A stretch of 64,000 nt of DNA from the NCBI GenBank assembly GCA_008080735.1, contig SHMW01000009.1, positions 28,117 to 92,116 of the forward strand, read 5' to 3'. A program made the position numbers and the translations under genes. The notes beneath the pieces are model-generated. The model worked only from the letters and a program-made list of their open reading frames with translations, had not been told where the DNA came from and searched no databases. This document shows, in pieces, positions 50,054-60,390 of the stretch. Numbering within the stretch: position 1 is the first letter of the stretch; every line of letters starts with the position of its first letter. Source of the stretch: Promethearchaeota archaeon. GTDB lineage: Archaea > Asgardarchaeota > Lokiarchaeia > Sigyniarchaeales > SOKP01.

Positions 50054-51514
50054 TCAGTATTCTGAGCAAAAGGGTAATACCATATTCTTCAATATATACA
50101 GTGTTTTGCGCCCTGATTTTGTTTTAGCATATTTTGAATTGGATATATTAACGATATCTAGGTTTTCTGGAATTCTTTTTTGTATTGTATCTGATAAGAA
50201 CTTATCAAATCTGTGGTAATCTCTTTTTGTCTCAGTCCATAAATATCCATTTTTTTCAAAATAATTAGGATTTTTCATTTTGAATTTTCTCACATGTTTT
50301 TCTGCTTTCGAGGGTGGACCCCTTCTTTCATAAGTAGGATTTATCTGAGGATTTTGGCAATATAAAGCGATATTATATTCTCTTTTAGGAACTTTGAAAA
50401 AGACTTCAAAAAAAATTTTTCCAAATCGTTTTTCATGTGTATATTCTTTTTCACCATGGGTGACTAAAAAATCTCCTAAAGAGTATAGCTTATCTCGCGT
50501 TTCTGTGTAGTGTATATCAGATTTTATATCTTTTGATTCCACGATAAATAATCTTTCTGTTAATCTTGGGGTGTCTGCAGGCTTAAATAATGGGATCTCT
50601 TCAATTCGAAAAAATTTTTTAGAAGGATTTTTTAAGAATTTGAGAACTTGGGAATTACAATATCTATAAGCTTTTTGTGAGATGGCCGAGGCGACATTTC
50701 TAAACTTATCAATAGGGTCAATGATTATGAGAAAATCGTTGTGAAAATGATCAATTTCATTTAATTCTTCTTTAGTTCTCCCATAATAATCAAGAGGGGT
50801 CATTTCAAGCGCATTAAAATTTTCAAAAACTCTAATAAGATCTCCAAAATGATATATCAGTAATTCTGCGCTATATCCAATAAAACCTACCCTCCCCAAT
50901 GCGCTTTTATCGCCATAACTATGACACGCTTTAAAAAATTGCTTCAGAAGTCTTACATCGTCCTTTTGGGCTGTACTTAATTCTTTTTGAACAAATTTGC
51001 CATGCCAAGGGGATCTATCAACCGCAGTAATAGGTCCATTTTCTCTGATATATTCTCGCTCTAAATCAAAATAAAGGACTATGTCGACTTGTATCGTAAT
51101 ATCCTTTTTTTTATATTTTACTTGTACATATGGATGTTCTGCATATAGAAGTGTCGGATTTTTAAATTCAGAGGGGGCTAAGGATTCAATTATCCAGTTG
51201 TTGCAATACCATAAAAACTTCTCTTTTATTTTTTTTTTTAAGTTGCGCGTATCTAAATTGTCGTATTGTTTTTCAAAGGCTGTATAATCCAGTCCAATAA
51301 AAAGATCTATGTCGAAATCGTCTCTTAATTGAGTTTGTTTTATCCCCGTCGATCCTTGAGGTTCGATATCTCTATAATCTATATTTAACTCTTCTGCTTT
51401 TTGACGAATTAAACTTGAAAGTTTTTGGACTATTTTATCTATTAAATCTATTTCTTCCTTTGTAGGTCTTATTTGTTCCAAAATTTCATCAAAAATATCT
51501 TCAATCGGGGTCAT
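50054..51514 (-). CDS. cca: archaeal class I CCA-adding enzyme
   Basis: GS....T.L..D.DIDLF, YAEHPYV, AVDRSPWH, GY.AELLI and DPID..RNVA. Confidence 0.92.
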   Translation of the reverse strand: MTPIEDIFDEILEQIRPTKEEIDLIDKIVQKLSSLIRQKAEELNIDYRDIEPQGSTGIKQTQLRDDFDIDLFIGLDYTAFEKQYDNLDTRNLKKKIKEKFLWYCNNWIIESLAPSEFKNPTLLYAEHPYVQVKYKKKDITIQVDIVLYFDLEREYIRENGPITAVDRSPWHGKFVQKELSTAQKDDVRLLKQFFKACHSYGDKSALGRVGFIGYSAELLIYHFGDLIRVFENFNALEMTPLDYYGRTKEELNEIDHFHNDFLIIIDPIDKFRNVASAISQKAYRYCNSQVLKFLKNPSKKFFRIEEIPLFKPADTPRLTERLFIVESKDIKSDIHYTETRDKLYSLGDFLVTHGEKEYTHEKRFGKIFFEVFFKVPKREYNIALYCQNPQINPTYERRGPPSKAEKHVRKFKMKNPNYFEKNGYLWTETKRDYHRFDKFLSDTIQKRIPENLDIVNISNSKYAKTKSGRKTLYILKNMVLPFCSEY

Positions 51515-51695
51515 TTTAGTAGTTTGAATTAAATAGGCTCTTGCTTACGTTTATAGGAAGTAAGATTAATGTATATAATCATTATTTAGATAAATGATTT
51601 GTTTTCCCTATTAATAAAAACCAGAGAAAGTTTAGATTAATTAATCCAAATTTTTGGGGGAATGAATATATATTAGAAAAAGATTCAAAAAAGCC

Positions 51696-53501
51696 TTACA
51701 TTCCCCACCATGGATGTTCAATTTCTCTCATAAGTTGGATATATTCTCTTAATGCATCCTTTTGGTCTGTTCTTAGGTCGTTTAAAAACTTTGATATTAA
51801 TTGTCGTACGTGTGATTCGGGTACTTTAACGTATAACGTCTCATCTTTATCTATATCGCGACCTATCTCTATCCCTCTGACTGAAATTGCCACTTCCGCA
51901 TCTTTCTCCGCTTTATCGATATTTTGTCCCTTATCTTGTAATTGATGAACTCGTCCAACCTTCTTTCCATAATCTGTAATCAATGGTACTTTTGGTTGAA
52001 CTGTTCCCGCCTCTACGTTTACTCCAAATACTGCGGGATCAGAGTTGCGAAAAACATATTGCGGGAACATTTTGATTTTGGCGGGTAAAATTAGTTCCCC
52101 AAGTTCTTGAGCAGTATCTTCTGCTTTCCTTGTTTCAGAATATTCGAGATAATCATCTAATAATCGATAAATCACATTATTTGTGAAAATTCTAATATTA
52201 TCTTTATTTGCTTGTTCTTGGGCTTCGGGCAATACGGGAACATTAAATCCCAAAACCACAGCAGAATAAGGATCAAAATCTTTTACAATGTTCGCATTTA
52301 AAATATCTTCTTTTTTTATTGGCCCTACATCAGCAACACTTATATTCACACCGCTTTTTGAAAAGTGATTTTCTAAAGCTTCAAGTGAACCTAAAGTATC
52401 CGCTTTCAGCACAACTCCCGCTTTATCCGTATGAATCTTAATCCGCTCAACCTCCTCTTCTATCTCATTATACACTTGCTCTTCTTCCTCGGTTTCTGTA
52501 AAACTCTTAAAAGGAGAACCCGCAACAACCTCGTCAATATCGGGAGCTAATATCTTAATTCCAGCAGCTGCACTGACCATCTCTACAGAATCAAATTTTT
52601 GACGTGGATCTCTAATTTCATCCATCGGTTTCGGAGTGAGTAATGCTCGCACCTTCGATTTAATTGGTTCATTTAATCCCCCAACAACAAACTCATCACC
52701 TTTATGAAGTATTCCATTATAGATTAACACATCCATGGTTTTTCCGTATCCGCGCTCTTTTTTAACCTCGAGGACAACCCCTATAGCATTTCCCTCAGAG
52801 AATTGTAAATTTTCAGTTAAATATTGTTGTACTAAACCCATTAATACCATCAATAATGTACTTATCCCCTCACCGGTTTTTGCGCTTGTGGGAACAATGG
52901 CAATCTTCCTAGTAAAATCTTTGATCTTGTCATATCTATCAATTCCTTTGTATCCTTCTTCAAGGAAATCCCCCATCATACGATATATTGTTTCATTCAG
53001 GTAATCTTTGACGTGTTGTTTCTGTTTTTGATAAGTGTCTAAAAAATCGGCATCTTTTTGAGATTTCCATCCCGGTATTCTATCTATTTTATTTGCAGCT
53101 ATAACAAACGGAGTTTTTCTCTCACGCAAGATTCTTACAGATTCCCACGTAATTGGTTGAGTCCCAGACATTACATCTACGACTAATATTGCGATATCGG
53201 CAACTGCACCTCCGCGCTTGCGTAAATTCATAAATGCGGCATGACCTGGAGTATCAACTATTAATAGCCCCGGTAATTTGAGCTTTCTCTGCGAAAATTC
53301 TTTCTTAGATTTCACGAGGAATTCTTTAAGATCATCAATCGGAAAGAAAGAAGCTCCAATATGTTGAGTAATTCCCGCGGCTTCTCTCTGTTGTACTACA
53401 GTACCGCGGATGTAATCGAGCAAGGACGTCTTTCCGTGGTCTATATGGCCCAGAATACACGCTATCGGAGCCCTTATGGGCTTCTCCTTCTCTTCAGTCA
53501 T
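51696..53501 (-). CDS. infB: translation initiation factor aIF5B (IF-2)
   Basis: GHIDHGKT, GITQHIGA, DTPGH, NKID and KADTLGSLEAL. Confidence 0.96.
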   Translation of the reverse strand: MTEEKEKPIRAPIACILGHIDHGKTSLLDYIRGTVVQQREAAGITQHIGASFFPIDDLKEFLVKSKKEFSQRKLKLPGLLIVDTPGHAAFMNLRKRGGAVADIAILVVDVMSGTQPITWESVRILRERKTPFVIAANKIDRIPGWKSQKDADFLDTYQKQKQHVKDYLNETIYRMMGDFLEEGYKGIDRYDKIKDFTRKIAIVPTSAKTGEGISTLLMVLMGLVQQYLTENLQFSEGNAIGVVLEVKKERGYGKTMDVLIYNGILHKGDEFVVGGLNEPIKSKVRALLTPKPMDEIRDPRQKFDSVEMVSAAAGIKILAPDIDEVVAGSPFKSFTETEEEEQVYNEIEEEVERIKIHTDKAGVVLKADTLGSLEALENHFSKSGVNISVADVGPIKKEDILNANIVKDFDPYSAVVLGFNVPVLPEAQEQANKDNIRIFTNNVIYRLLDDYLEYSETRKAEDTAQELGELILPAKIKMFPQYVFRNSDPAVFGVNVEAGTVQPKVPLITDYGKKVGRVHQLQDKGQNIDKAEKDAEVAISVRGIEIGRDIDKDETLYVKVPESHVRQLISKFLNDLRTDQKDALREYIQLMREIEHPWWGM

Positions 53502-53708
53502 TGATTTTCACGTTATATAATATTATTAGTGATTAATGGTAATATTCTATTTAGAAAATGAATATTCTCATTAGAATTTTTTGGATTTTAGTTCCGATAT
53601 AATATATGATTATTAGGAATACCTTTAATATAATTTTAAATTCTATCATTTATAGTTTACATTATAATTGATCAATATTTATAAATCAAAATTTTTTTAT
53701 ACTTTACA

Positions 53709-54431
53709 ATGACAGATCTCGGTACTACACAATTATTAGAAGGATTCTTAGGTTTTATATGGGTTGCTATTGCGATATTCATTGGAGTCCGTATTATTTT
53801 CAAAGCAAAAGAATTAGATCGAAAAGAATTAATCACTGTAGGATTATCATATATTTTTGTGTCGAGTGCTTGGTGGGGAGTCGCTGTGCAATTGATCTCG
53901 TACGGGATTTTTTCCTTTCCCATAACATATATTCCGTATTTATTAATTGCCAATATATTTGTACCTCCAGGATTGGTGTGTTGGGTATATTCATTTTCAG
54001 AAATGGTTAATCCCTATCTAAAGAAAAAGTTATTATTGATTTATGTTCCGTTTTGTATCCTATGGGAAGTTTTAATTTTTGTCTTTCTATTCACAAATCC
54101 GGATTTTGTTGGAAGCTTTGAATTTCCATTCAATTCGAGTCATGGTGATGTTATTCGAATATTTATTATCATAGCGATCTTTTCATTTGTGTTATCTGGA
54201 GTCTATTTTGCAATGCAATCCATGAAATTAGAAGATCCTGAAATAAAGTGGAAAGGGAGATTTCTTTTTGCTGCGTGGATTTCATTCTGTATCGGAGCGT
54301 TAATGGATGCTTTATTACCTCTTATACCAGTGATTCTGATACTTACGCGACTAATATTGATAACTGGGGCGATTGAATATTATTTAGGGTTTTTTCTGCC
54401 TTCTAAGTTTAAAGAATGGTTATTACAATAA
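53709..54431 (+). CDS. stand-alone 7TM membrane protein
   Basis: Seven TM segments, KWKGRF before TM6, short C-tail. Confidence 0.7.
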   Translation: MTDLGTTQLLEGFLGFIWVAIAIFIGVRIIFKAKELDRKELITVGLSYIFVSSAWWGVAVQLISYGIFSFPITYIPYLLIANIFVPPGLVCWVYSFSEMVNPYLKKKLLLIYVPFCILWEVLIFVFLFTNPDFVGSFEFPFNSSHGDVIRIFIIIAIFSFVLSGVYFAMQSMKLEDPEIKWKGRFLFAAWISFCIGALMDALLPLIPVILILTRLILITGAIEYYLGFFLPSKFKEWLLQ

Positions 54432-54463
54432 TATAACTCTATTGAAAAACATTATACAAGGGA

Positions 54464-54886
54464 TTGAGTGGTTTGGCCAAAATATTGCATGATTTATGGA
54501 TTATTACCAATGATGGTATTGTTTTATTTAGTCGAGTATACAATCCTAAGGTAGAAACTCAATTATTTGGTGCTTTATTAAGCGCTATCAATTCATTCGC
54601 CGAAGAGGTTTCTGATGGAGGATTAACGAATTTTGAACTGAGTAATAAACAATTTATTCTGTTAAAACAAAATAACCTTCTATTTATTGCTACTTCGCCA
54701 AAGAAAACCAACAAAAATATTGTGATTAGTGAATTAGAAAAAATTTCAGATAGATTTTTTTCAAAATATCCACAGATGAAGAAAAAAGATCAATGGGATG
54801 ATGATATTAATCTATTCTCTGACTTTGATGAATTTATTGAAGATGCTCTCGAAGATCCTGTAAAAAAGTTTTGGAAAGGATTTTAG
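54464..54886 (+). CDS. longin-like domain protein
   Basis: LWII..DGIVLFSR, LFGALLSAINSFA and L..I...F..KY pattern. Confidence 0.7.
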   Translation: MSGLAKILHDLWIITNDGIVLFSRVYNPKVETQLFGALLSAINSFAEEVSDGGLTNFELSNKQFILLKQNNLLFIATSPKKTNKNIVISELEKISDRFFSKYPQMKKKDQWDDDINLFSDFDEFIEDALEDPVKKFWKGF

Positions 54887-54919
54887 CTCATAATTTATAA
54901 TTCTATATTATCTTTTTAT

Positions 54920-57787
54920 TTACCTTTCCAAATATTTCTTAAGATATTGACCTGTATATGAGTTTTTATGGTGAATAAGTTCTTCAGGAGATCCCATAGC
55001 AATTATTTTTCCCCCATTTTCTCCCCCCTCGGGGCCTAAATCAATGATATAATCAGAAGACTTGATAATTTCCATGTTATGCTCTATAACAACCACCGTA
55101 TTTCCTTTATCAACCAAACGTTGTAATACATTCAATAGATATTTGATATCGTGGTAATGGAGTCCTGTTGTAGGTTCGTCAAGAATATAAAGTGTATTTC
55201 CCGTACTACGTTTCCTTAATTGCCGGGCGATCTTAAGTCGCTGAGATTCACCCCCACTTAAGGTAGTTGACGGTTGACCTAATTCCAGATATCCTAATCC
55301 TACATCCACCACGGTTTTCAAAGTCCGTTTTAAATTTGGAAAACTATCAAAAAACTCTAATGCTTGAGTAAAGGTCATATCCAAAACATCTGCGATATTC
55401 TTTCCTTTATATCTTATTTCGAGAGTTTCCGCATTATATCGTCGTCCATTACATAAATCGCATTTAATATACACATCGGGTAAGAAATACATCTCTTTCA
55501 AGATATATCCTCTCCCGATACATTTTTTACATCTACCTTCCTTAGTATTGAATGAGAATCTCCCCTTCTTATAACCTCGTGCTTTTGCTTCTGGAAGAGA
55601 TGCGAAATACCTTCTAATATAGTTAAAAGCCTTCGTGTAGGTTGATGGCACGGATCGGGGTGTTTTTCCGATAGGACTCTGATCAATATTAATGATTTTA
55701 TCTACTTTCTTGTAGTTAATAATCTTATCAAAATCTCCTGTAATAACTTTTGAACTTCTTGTATTTACCAGATTTTTCATACCTTTATACAAACAATCCA
55801 CAATGAGACTTGTTTTCCCGGCTCCAGAAACACCAGTTACACAAGTAAATACCCCAATTGGAATTTTTGCGGATATATTCTTGAGATTATGTTCCCTTAC
55901 ACCATTGATCTCCAAAAATTCTTCAAATACTCGTCTTTTATTTGGTAATGTAATTTTCTTCTTTCCAGAAAGATACTGAGCTGTGAGTGAAGTATTTTTG
56001 GATAGAATCGTCTCCAAGTCTCCTTCTGCGGCAATCTCACCACCTTTCTCACCTGCTAATGGCCCTAAATCTATAATATGATCTGCACTTCTTATAATTT
56101 CTTCGTCATGTTCAACAACAACCACGGTATTACCTAAATCTCGTAATTTTTTGAGCATATTGATTAAACGGGTAATATCTCTCTGATGTAATCCAACACT
56201 AGGTTCATCCAATACATATAACACACCAACTAAACTGGACCCTAATTGAGTTGCTAATCGTATTCTCTCAGCCTCTCCAACTGATAAAGTATCAGATCTT
56301 CGACTAAGAGAAATATAGTCGAGTCCAACATTCTTCAAAAACGATAAACGACTTTTAATTTCTTTCAATACTTCCTTTACGATTTTTTGCTCAGTTTCGT
56401 CTAATTGTAAATTTTTAAAGAATTCTAATTCATCTTTTACTGGCAATTCAGTGAGTTCTGCAATATTTAAGTCTTGAATTGTCACGGCTCTACTTTCTGG
56501 TTTCAACCGTTCTCCTTCACATTTAGGACACGGTACTCTATCCATAAATTGTTCATAGATTTCTCTTCCTCTGTCGGAGTTAGTTTCCATGTACCTGCGA
56601 TGAAGCATTGGAATAATACCCTCAAAAGGTTTTACGAATTCATATGAAGATCGATTCTCATACTTAGAATATCGATTATTCACATCTTCTTTTTGAAATT
56701 TGAAATGAATACTCTCTTCACCCGTACCGTATAATAGCTTACTGATTTTCTCGGGTGGGATTTCTTTGATGGAGGATCCCTCAGTATCAAACTCATAATG
56801 ATTAGCAACCTCTCTCAACATTTGCCAAGAATAGCTGGATAAAGTTTTAAAGCCCGGGATATTTCTTATTCTGCTCTCTATTAAGGGAACGGATAAATCA
56901 TCTCCCAATATCAATCGGTAGTCAAATTCCATTACGGAGCCTAAACCATTACATCGTTTACAACTTCCATGTGGAATATTAAACGAAAACATTTTATGAT
57001 CGAGGGGAGGGATAGAAATTCCACAATCTATACACGCGTAATGCTCTGAATATCTTTGCTCACCCTTTCCAACAACCTCAATATTAATTATTCCCTCGGA
57101 TAAATTCAATGCCGTCTCTATTGAATCCGCCAACCTTGTACGTATATCATCTTTCATTACCAATCTATCAACGATTACATTGATGTTATGTTTGATGTTT
57201 TTGTCCATTTCAATATTTTCATCTAGAGTATATTGAATTCCATCTATGTCAACTCTAAAAAATCCTTGTTTCTTCAGATCTTCTATCAGATCTTTATATT
57301 CACCCTTTCTATCCCGAATAACTGGTGATTTGATAATGAACTTTTCACCCTCCTCAATAGAATTCGAAACTTGTTCAATAATCTGTTGAGGTGTCTGCGG
57401 TTTAATCTCCTTTCCGCAGTTTGGACAATGTGGTGTGCCCGCGTTAGCATAAAGAAGGCGAAAGTAATCATAAATTTCTGTAACCGTTCCAACTGTGCTT
57501 CTAGGATTTTTAGATAAGGGTTTCTGTTCTATAGCTATCGCTGGGCTTAACCCTTCTATACTATCTACGTCCGGCTTATCCATTTCACCTAGAAATTGCC
57601 TCGCATAGCTCGATAGGGACTCTAGAAATCTCCTCTGGCCCTCTGCATAAAGGGTGTCCATAGCTAAAGAAGATTTTCCACTTCCACTTATCCCCGTGAT
57701 GATTACTAATTTATTTCGAGGGATTTCTACATCGATGTTTTTTAGGTTATGTTGTCGTGCTCCTTTTATTACAATATCTTTTTGCAT
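54920..57787 (-). CDS. uvrA: excinuclease ABC subunit A
   Basis: GARQHNLKN, two Walker A motifs, Zn fingers, LSGGE and LDEPT. Confidence 0.97.
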   Translation of the reverse strand: MQKDIVIKGARQHNLKNIDVEIPRNKLVIITGISGSGKSSLAMDTLYAEGQRRFLESLSSYARQFLGEMDKPDVDSIEGLSPAIAIEQKPLSKNPRSTVGTVTEIYDYFRLLYANAGTPHCPNCGKEIKPQTPQQIIEQVSNSIEEGEKFIIKSPVIRDRKGEYKDLIEDLKKQGFFRVDIDGIQYTLDENIEMDKNIKHNINVIVDRLVMKDDIRTRLADSIETALNLSEGIINIEVVGKGEQRYSEHYACIDCGISIPPLDHKMFSFNIPHGSCKRCNGLGSVMEFDYRLILGDDLSVPLIESRIRNIPGFKTLSSYSWQMLREVANHYEFDTEGSSIKEIPPEKISKLLYGTGEESIHFKFQKEDVNNRYSKYENRSSYEFVKPFEGIIPMLHRRYMETNSDRGREIYEQFMDRVPCPKCEGERLKPESRAVTIQDLNIAELTELPVKDELEFFKNLQLDETEQKIVKEVLKEIKSRLSFLKNVGLDYISLSRRSDTLSVGEAERIRLATQLGSSLVGVLYVLDEPSVGLHQRDITRLINMLKKLRDLGNTVVVVEHDEEIIRSADHIIDLGPLAGEKGGEIAAEGDLETILSKNTSLTAQYLSGKKKITLPNKRRVFEEFLEINGVREHNLKNISAKIPIGVFTCVTGVSGAGKTSLIVDCLYKGMKNLVNTRSSKVITGDFDKIINYKKVDKIINIDQSPIGKTPRSVPSTYTKAFNYIRRYFASLPEAKARGYKKGRFSFNTKEGRCKKCIGRGYILKEMYFLPDVYIKCDLCNGRRYNAETLEIRYKGKNIADVLDMTFTQALEFFDSFPNLKRTLKTVVDVGLGYLELGQPSTTLSGGESQRLKIARQLRKRSTGNTLYILDEPTTGLHYHDIKYLLNVLQRLVDKGNTVVVIEHNMEIIKSSDYIIDLGPEGGENGGKIIAMGSPEELIHHKNSYTGQYLKKYLER

Positions 57788-58237
57788 AATGGGTTAAAAC
57801 TATTTAGTAAACCAAATATAATAAAAACAATAAAATTAACTCTTAAGAAAAATAAAACATTAAATTAATAGGCATAATTTAAAAATATCTAAGAAATTTG
57901 ACCATAACCTTAATATCATATAATAAAGCTGTGTTTTCTCCGCCATCTGAAAAATACATATTCTTTAAATTTCTTTTTATTGTAGGCTCAACCTATTTAA
58001 TAAAACCTAGCAGATCCTAAACTAATTCTTTTGGATCAAAAATTAGAAGATTGCTCTTCATTGAATACCTCTCTTAACTTATCAATCTTCTCTTTAAAAT
58101 TATCGGTTAGAATGATTGATATTCTATCGCCCAGATTTCTTAACTTTTTCTGTATATTCTTGAATTATATCTGCTGAAATCCAATGTGGCTGTTTTCCAT
58201 TTATACAATCCCTTTAATCGGTAAATTTAGAAAAATT

Positions 58238-60235
58238 TTATATCTTAATTTTATAAGTTTTTTTCATATCCTTGATTTTGTCTCTTAAATATGCAGCATC
58301 CTCAAATCGTAATTCTTTTGCAGCTAAATACATTTTATTCTCTAAATATTGTAGTATAACATCCATATCTCCCATCTCTTCTATTTTATGTTCTATAGAT
58401 TTCTTTAAACGTTTAGCTTCTTTTTCTTTGGTTTCTTTTTCTTCCGAAAGGGAACGCAAAATATTTTTCTTGATGGTTTGAGGGGTGATATTATGTGTCT
58501 CATTAAATTTTGTTTGTTTTCTTCTTCTTCTATTTGTTTCTTCAATCGCTTCTTTCATTGCTTTGGTGATTCTATCTCCATATAAGATTGCTCTTCCATT
58601 CACGTTTCTTGAGGCTCTCCCAATTGTTTGGATTAAGGATCGCTCGTCTCGTAAGAATCCTAATTTATCGGCATCTAAAATAGCAACTAGTTGTACTTCG
58701 GGAAGATCTAGCCCTTCTCTTAATAAGTTGATTCCCACTATCGCATCATACGTCCCATCACGCAATTTTCGTAGGATTTCAAAACGTTCGACAGTATCAA
58801 CTTCACTATGTAAATATGCTATTTTTATTCCCAATTCTGAATAGTATTCGGCGATGTCTTCTGCCATACGCTTTGTGAGTGTGGTGATTAATATCCTTCC
58901 ATTGTTAGATATTACTTTTCGAATTTCTGCTAAAAGATTATCAATTTGATTTTCTGCAGATCTTACTTCTACAGCGGGATCAATTAACCCAGTCGGACGA
59001 ATAATTTGTTCCGCAGATATTCCACCGCTCTTTTTTAATTCCCAATCCCCCGGAGTCGCACTCATAAAAATTATATATTCTATTTTACTCTTCCATTCAT
59101 CAAAAGTTAAGGGGCGATTATCAAAAGCGCTCGGTAATCTCCATCCATATTCTACGAGATTCTTTTTTCTCGACCTATCTCCACCTATCATTCCATGAAT
59201 CTGGGGGATGGAAATGTGCGATTCGTCCACCACAATTAAGAAATCTTCGGGAAAATAATCAATTAAACACATGGGAGGGGTTCCGGGATCCCTACCATCT
59301 AAATGTCGTGAGTAATTTTCAATCCCTTTACAGTACCCCATTTCACGCATCATCTCAAGATCAAATTTGACTCTCTGTTCTATTCTTTGAGCCTCGGCAT
59401 ATTTTCCCTCTTCTCTGAATTTTTCAAGGTGTTCTTCCAATTCTGCTTCAATAGAGATTAGAGCCTGTTGTTTGTTCTCATCGGGTATAATGAAATGAGT
59501 GGCGGGAAATATACGAATATTCGGTATTTCTTTTATCTTATTATAAGACACGGGATGAATCTCTGTAATTGATTCGATTTCCTCTCCAAATAACGAGATA
59601 CGTATCCCAGTTTCTAGATAAGCGGGAAATACATCTATTACATCACCTTTTACTCGCAAAATTCCTGGTCGAAAATCAACATTCTTCCGTTCGTAATTCA
59701 TTTTAATAAGGCGATCAATAATTTCCCTTCTATCGATCTTTTGCCCTACTTCCAAGCTTAAGGCGACATTTGTCCATACTTCTGGGTTTCCAATCCCATA
59801 AATACATGAAACTGTAGCTACAACAATTACATCTTTTCTCGTACGCACGGCATGAGTTGCAGCTAACCTTAATCGTTCTATCTCTTCATTTACACTGAAA
59901 TCCTTCTCAATATACATTGCGGTGGTAGGAATATAAGCTTCTGGCTGATAATAATCATAATATGAGACGAAATAGTGAACCGCATTATCAGGAAAGAATT
60001 GTTTTAATTCCTGGTATAATTGAGCTGCTAAGGTCTTATTTGGAGCCATCACTAATGTGGGTTTTTGGATCTCTTGAATTACATTAGCGATTGTAAAAGA
60101 TTTTCCCGTTCCGGTTGCTCCTAAGAGAGTCTGAAATCTTTTTCCATTATTGATATTTTTAGCAAGTGTCTCAATTGCTTTTGGTTGGTCACCTTTGGGT
60201 TCAAATTCGGACTCTAAATTAAATTCTGAACTCAT
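58238..60235 (-). CDS. uvrB: excinuclease ABC subunit B
   Basis: GATGTGKS, YYDYYQPEAY, DESH, GINLLREGLD and UVR tail. Confidence 0.97.
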   Translation of the reverse strand: MSSEFNLESEFEPKGDQPKAIETLAKNINNGKRFQTLLGATGTGKSFTIANVIQEIQKPTLVMAPNKTLAAQLYQELKQFFPDNAVHYFVSYYDYYQPEAYIPTTAMYIEKDFSVNEEIERLRLAATHAVRTRKDVIVVATVSCIYGIGNPEVWTNVALSLEVGQKIDRREIIDRLIKMNYERKNVDFRPGILRVKGDVIDVFPAYLETGIRISLFGEEIESITEIHPVSYNKIKEIPNIRIFPATHFIIPDENKQQALISIEAELEEHLEKFREEGKYAEAQRIEQRVKFDLEMMREMGYCKGIENYSRHLDGRDPGTPPMCLIDYFPEDFLIVVDESHISIPQIHGMIGGDRSRKKNLVEYGWRLPSAFDNRPLTFDEWKSKIEYIIFMSATPGDWELKKSGGISAEQIIRPTGLIDPAVEVRSAENQIDNLLAEIRKVISNNGRILITTLTKRMAEDIAEYYSELGIKIAYLHSEVDTVERFEILRKLRDGTYDAIVGINLLREGLDLPEVQLVAILDADKLGFLRDERSLIQTIGRASRNVNGRAILYGDRITKAMKEAIEETNRRRRKQTKFNETHNITPQTIKKNILRSLSEEKETKEKEAKRLKKSIEHKIEEMGDMDVILQYLENKMYLAAKELRFEDAAYLRDKIKDMKKTYKIKI

Positions 60236-60390
60236 TGCTTTATGATATCTTGTATACTTTTTTAAAAAATTACTTCATTATTAACTACAGTTAAAATAAG
60301 AATCACAATCTTATGTTTTTTATGGTAATATTTTAGGAGTAGTGTATTTAAAAGGAGATAGAGTATGATTTTTTCTATAAATAAAAAAAT

